From: an uncultured delta proteobacterium
GTDB lineage: Bacteria; Desulfobacterota; Syntrophia; Syntrophales; Smithellaceae
Length of the DNA stretch: 64,000 bases
Direction of reading: 5' to 3'
Assembly (NCBI GenBank): GCA_963753975.1
Contig: CAVWEH010000005.1
Location: 224,001 to 288,000 of the forward strand
The first letter of the stretch is position 1, and each line of letters opens with the position of its first letter. Below are positions 59,528 through 64,000 of the stretch, one piece after another. The notes beneath the pieces were generated by a model. That model saw nothing but the letters and a program-made list of their open reading frames with translations. It was not told the origin of the DNA and searched no databases. The position numbers and the translations under genes are program-made.

Positions 59528-61183
59528 TTAAACCTGAGCCATATTCAAGGCTATTTTGCAGCATTCTATTTTTTTTGAACTTATCTTTTGATTCAGAACT
59601 TGGTAAAGGATGATTCTCCCCGTATCCCGATGTTTCCATTCTTTCAACTGCTTTAAATCGGCCGGCTTCACGGATTGTAAAAAAGCAAACTTATCTTGGG
59701 GCCAATGCTTCTCTTCCCAGACGATATAACGGATGTGTCGCATCCGCATATTGTGGATAAAGTCGTCATAATTGCTGCCTAAAATGTTTTCGTCCTCATG
59801 CCAGTTGATGTATTTATCCGGGCACGGCGCCCCTTGAACATGAAGGTTGGCATAGAAATCATTCAGGCGCCAGGAACCACCGAGAGTAATCATTTGGATT
59901 TCGCCGGAGCTGCCGTCCAGACGGGCAATCGTTTCGCCGATCTCCTTGTAAATGAGCTTATCCGCCTCCTGGACTTTCATATCTTTGGGCAGCGTAAACA
60001 CCAGCACGACAATGCACAAGGACAAAACCACCATCTTATCTGATAATCCGGATCGCCGCTGCACCCAATGAACCAACTTTTCCGCACCGAAGCCGACAAG
60101 AATGGTGGAAGGAAGGATGACCATGACCAGGTTCCGGTTTTCGATAGACCAGACATTCAGGACGAAAAGATACAGAACAACAAGACCAATGACCGTGGTC
60201 AGGATCAGCGGCAGGAGCCTCCTGTCACTCCGCATTCTGTCCCTCAATCCTCCCAGGCCATAGAGCATGAGGAAGAAAAAAGGATAAAAAAAGGCCTCCA
60301 TGGCGTTAGTCAGGACAACGCCCAGGGCGGTGAACCAGATCAGGGTCCGGGAATTTTCAATGAAAAAACCAGAGATGCCTGGTGGAGGATTGAGAACGAG
60401 TGGCGTAAGGTTTGTCTCAAGATTGTGATACTGCTCAAATGTGTTCATTATTTTATCGGGGATTTCTCCGAATCGGTACCAGTAAAAACTGTCCGGATGC
60501 CGGAGGAGTTGAACCACTATAAAACATGACATCGCCAAAACAATCGGGGAAACATAGAGAAACAGTGCCTTGAGTCTCCGGCCTTTAAAGACCATGAGGG
60601 TGTAAAGGAAGCCACCCGTGATAAAGACGATGCCTTCGATGCGCGTCGCCGTTGCAACGATGAAAGAAAGACTGCTGAGAATAAGAACGACGGGAGTGTC
60701 TCTTTCGTCATCATACACCAGGAGGTATAATCCCAGGACGGAAAAAAACCAGTACGAGGGATCCCTTATGACATTGACACTCTGAACAACAAAAAGAGGC
60801 AACATTACAAAAATGAAGGTTGTGAGGAAACTCGTTTTTTCATCCAGGAAGCGACGCAGGAAAAGGTAGAGAGGAATGATAGTCAGCGTCCCGAAGATGA
60901 GATTGACGGCCATCGCCGCATGAACCCAGTCGCCCGTAACAGGATAAGTTACGGCAATGAGGATGGAGTATAATGTCAGATAATCTACCGCAGAGCAGTT
61001 ATTGATGGCTTGCCAGAGACCGTAGTAGAGGGCTCGGGCCTGATGGATATAGACGGGACCATCCGTGTTCATCATCAGGGTATGAGTAAAGGCAAAAAGA
61101 CGGATCGCGAAAGCCAAAACGACAAGAATGATAAGAGGGCCAATAATGGCTTTACTGTCCTTTTGAAAAATCATGCGTCCCAA
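59528..61183 (-). CDS. Membrane glycosyltransferase (GT39/ArnT-like)
   Basis: DG..Y loop motif, multiple TM helices, TRIEG. Confidence 0.7.
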   Translation of the reverse strand: MGRMIFQKDSKAIIGPLIILVVLAFAIRLFAFTHTLMMNTDGPVYIHQARALYYGLWQAINNCSAVDYLTLYSILIAVTYPVTGDWVHAAMAVNLIFGTLTIIPLYLFLRRFLDEKTSFLTTFIFVMLPLFVVQSVNVIRDPSYWFFSVLGLYLLVYDDERDTPVVLILSSLSFIVATATRIEGIVFITGGFLYTLMVFKGRRLKALFLYVSPIVLAMSCFIVVQLLRHPDSFYWYRFGEIPDKIMNTFEQYHNLETNLTPLVLNPPPGISGFFIENSRTLIWFTALGVVLTNAMEAFFYPFFFLMLYGLGGLRDRMRSDRRLLPLILTTVIGLVVLYLFVLNVWSIENRNLVMVILPSTILVGFGAEKLVHWVQRRSGLSDKMVVLSLCIVVLVFTLPKDMKVQEADKLIYKEIGETIARLDGSSGEIQMITLGGSWRLNDFYANLHVQGAPCPDKYINWHEDENILGSNYDDFIHNMRMRHIRYIVWEEKHWPQDKFAFLQSVKPADLKQLKEWKHRDTGRIILYQVLNQKISSKKIECCKIALNMAQV

Positions 61184-61416
61184 TCCGTTGAACCTCGAGA
61201 ATAATTCATAATTTTAACTTGTATTTATGTATTTTAATATAGCACATAAATCTATTATTATATAGATTTGTTTAAATCGATCGCCGTATATTCATTGAAA
61301 AATCAATTGTCGAAATTTTTTAAACCCTGAACCAATGACAACCGGTATTTTACACGGCGTAAAAGAATGTCCGCCATAAGCCTTTTGTATGCTTGCTTCA
61401 GCACGGAGCGATTATG

Positions 61417-62273
61417 TCAAGTTCGATTCGTTTCTAAAACGATTTTATAGCACTCCATTTTATTTTTCAGTTTTTCTTTATCTCTTGAAAAAGGCAGCTG
61501 AAGTTTCAAGGTGATTAATCTATAATAGGCTTTCATTTTATGCGCTTTTTTAATGCGCTCAATCGTTGAAGGCAAATAATGTTTTTCGTAAAATAAAGAT
61601 TCCGCCTGCAAGTTTTTTGTAAAAAGCGCGGGCGGTGCTGTTCCGATTTCACTTTGACCGCCCCAGTGAAATACTTCGGCATCTTCAATATATCCTATGG
61701 AAAAACCTTTTTCACGAATGCGCCAGGCTAGATCCTGATCTTCTCCATATAGGAAGAAATCTTCGTCGAATCCATGCAATTCATCAATCAGCGGTTTGCG
61801 GGCGATCATAAAAGCGCCCAGAACACAGGCGATATTTCCCCCAAGACCTGCTGTTTCGCCGGCAGCGAATTTTTCTCCAGGGTATCGATAGGATACGGAT
61901 TCCTGCAAAGTTCCGTCTGGATTCAGAATTTTTGCCCCGGCCAACCCGACATGCTGATTTGCATCCATAAAGGCTACGGCGTTTTGCAGAGTATCCGGCT
62001 TAACCGTTGTGTCCGGATTGAGAAAAATAACGTAGCGCCCCCGGCAATCTTTTAACGCCTGATTGTTGGCTGCGCCAAATCCCCTGTTTTCCTGTTGGCA
62101 ATCAGCTGAACTTCAGGGAAACGCTCTGCCATCATTTGGACACTTTTATCCGTTGAAGCAGTTATCAACAACAAACATTTCTTTTTCCATACCGTAGGAA
62201 GCTTGCAGGAAGCAAGACAGTCCAGCAGCAAATCAGCGGTATTGTAGGAAACAATTATTATTGAAATATCCAT
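61417..62273 (-). CDS. Glycosyltransferase family 2, about 3 frameshifts in the 5' part
   Basis: ISIIIVSYN / VVDN / NRGFGAANN...FLNPD / GFDEDFFLYGED. Confidence 0.85.
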
Positions 62274-62318
62274 AAATTTCTACTTTGGCTCATATCTTAC
62301 GGTCTCTGCCTTTTAATA

Positions 62319-63450
62319 TTAGCTTCGATGTTCTGCCAGTAGATTTTCGTATATGGCTGCGTATTTTTTTGTCACATCGTCCCAGGTGTTTTGAGCTGCC
62401 GTCTGATAGGCCGCTTCAGCCAACGGCCTGCGGATATTTTCATCGAGCAGCAGAGCAATCTTTGCTGCAATATAATCGGTGTCGGCATGTATTGTTGATA
62501 ATGAATCCATTTTTCCCTTCCTGCACCAGATCTTTAGCTCCGACATTGCTGCTGATAATTACCGGCAAGCCCGCCGCCATCGCTTCCAGAACAACCATGC
62601 CGAATGTATCGAATTTGGAGAGCATAATATAAAGATCGCTGGCCAAATACATTCTGATTAATTTTTCTTTATTTACCGGGCCGGTAAAAATGACATCAGA
62701 GATGATTTGGGCTTCTTGGGCCATTTTCGTATATTTTTTTATATTTCCTTTGCCGGCAACAATGAACTTAAATTTGCGATTTTGCGCTTTTAATTTAGCC
62801 AGAGAAAACAAAATGTCATCAAGTCCTTTAATCTCAAAATTCATCGAAACAAATAAAATTACCGGATCAGCAATGTTAATTCCTAATTCCCGGCGGATAC
62901 TGTTACGAACAAAATTTTTATTCTGTTGCGCATAATCATTTAAATCCACACCGGGGTTAATAACAGCAACTTTATCAGGATTAATTTTGTATTCCTGTAA
63001 AAAAATATCTTTAGTCAGGCTGGAGACGGCGATAAATTTTTTACAGTTGCCTTTATAAACAAGTTTTTTTTCCACCCAGGCTGTGGCTAAATCGTAGAGG
63101 CTCATCTTTTTGCGGCGGATATTATGAACCCAATATCTATGCGGAATGCCGTGCATCGTGAAAATATCAGCCGCAAAAATTCTTTCGTGGCTGTGGACGA
63201 GAGAAAAATTATTGCGGTTTATCTGGTGTTGGACAAAATAAGCAAAGCTGATTGTGGTTAGAAATTTGGGGAAAGAAATAATGGGGATTTTATGAAATCT
63301 TGTCGTGGTAGATGACGTCTGCCAGCGATTGGCTAATACATAAAAATCAAAGCCTGTTTGATGGGCAAGCCGTTCGGTCAATTCGGCTGTGGATTGTTCG
63401 GCTCCGCCGAGCAGACCATATTTAGGTATAACCACGGCAATATTTCGCAT
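62319..63450 (-). CDS. Glycosyltransferase family 4 (WaaG-like), 1 frameshift near 62490
   Basis: GGAE, HSHER, KGL, DTFGMVVLEAMAAGLP; C-terminus continues in the adjacent frame. Confidence 0.85.
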
Positions 63451-63574
63451 AAGGTAAACTGATTTTGCTATTTTTTTTGGAGATAGCTCTAACACAGAAA
63501 GAAGAAAAAATCATGCTTTAATCAATGACACTCGCTGAAAACAAACAGAGTGCAGTTTGAAGCGTAAATGGAAT

Positions 63575-63683
63575 CAATGAGACTCAAGTTTTAGAAACGA
63601 AGCGAACTAAAACTTCTAAGTCGAATTAATCCCGCCGTTTACGGCTACTAAAAAACATGCCCAAACTGAAGATATCACACATG
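63575..63683 (+). repeat. Dispersed structured intergenic element, copy D
   Basis: caatgagactc-aagttttag-aaacgaagcgaa-ctaaaactt-ctaagtcgaattaatccc...tcacacatg. Confidence 0.72.
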
Positions 63684-63749
63684 CTTATTGAGACGTCTCT
63701 TGTAAAATCAAAGAATATATTATAGAGGAAAGGATAAAAGGATGATTAG

Positions 63750-64000
63750 ATGAAAAGGTATTATCGCTTATTTAAAACTTTTAAAAATTGGCAACTATAT
63801 CTCGCCTACAAATATGGTTTTGCCGATGTAAAGACGCTTATATTTGAAACCCGCAATGGAGTGATTATGGAAGTACCCATAAGGCTCTTACAGACGTTCA
63901 AAGAAATTTTTATGGATGAGTGCTATCTGGCCGGCCTGGAAAATGATGTTGCCCCTGATTCCACGATTATTGATATCGGGGCAAATGCCGGCTATTTTAC
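63750..64000 (+). CDS. FkbM family methyltransferase, 5' part (runs off window)
   Basis: Manual translation MKRYYRLF...FKEIFMDECY...IIDIGANAGYF. Confidence 0.8.
   Translation, partial: MKRYYRLFKTFKNWQLYLAYKYGFADVKTLIFETRNGVIMEVPIRLLQTFKEIFMDECYLAGLENDVAPDSTIIDIGANAGYF

Noticed and set aside
8541..63683. CRISPR array or group II intron as the identity of the dispersed element
   Set aside because: Copies are isolated and diverged with no repeat-spacer periodicity, no GUGYG 5' end, no domain V and no RT gene.
1..64000. tRNA, rRNA, prophage, integrase or defence-system genes
   Set aside because: None recognised in the sequence or the ORF track.

Overview
64-kb chromosomal segment from an anaerobic, probably syntrophic Desulfobacterota bacterium (gene content and order resemble Smithella/Syntrophus; this taxonomy is inference). 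Left to right: type IV pilus pilN(partial)-pilO-pilP-pilQ-pilF, pepP-like, gcvH, lipoate ligase, hisC, rpsU, holA and other housekeeping genes; an accessory block (18-30.5 kb) with a threonine-dehydratase-like gene, a dsrE2-arsR-tusA-mvhD-hdrA-hdrA-wHTH-hdrC-CCG operon broken by about 17 single-base frameshifts, and a four-subunit 2-oxoacid:ferredoxin oxidoreductase; 5'-nucleotidase, hflX (apparent ATT start), a porin; the acs-etfB-etfA-EMO-fadD-crotonase fatty-acid module; an accessory block with IS3 remnants; thiolase, fadD, folD; and a surface-glycan cluster. No rRNA, tRNA or CRISPR array was seen. Best leads: (1) a dispersed ~90-140 bp structured intergenic element with covarying stems (4 clear plus 2 weaker copies), usually sitting directly 3' of terminators or stop codons; (2) the sulfur-carrier-linked, non-canonical Hdr/Mvh operon. 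All calls come from reading motifs by eye; no searches were run.
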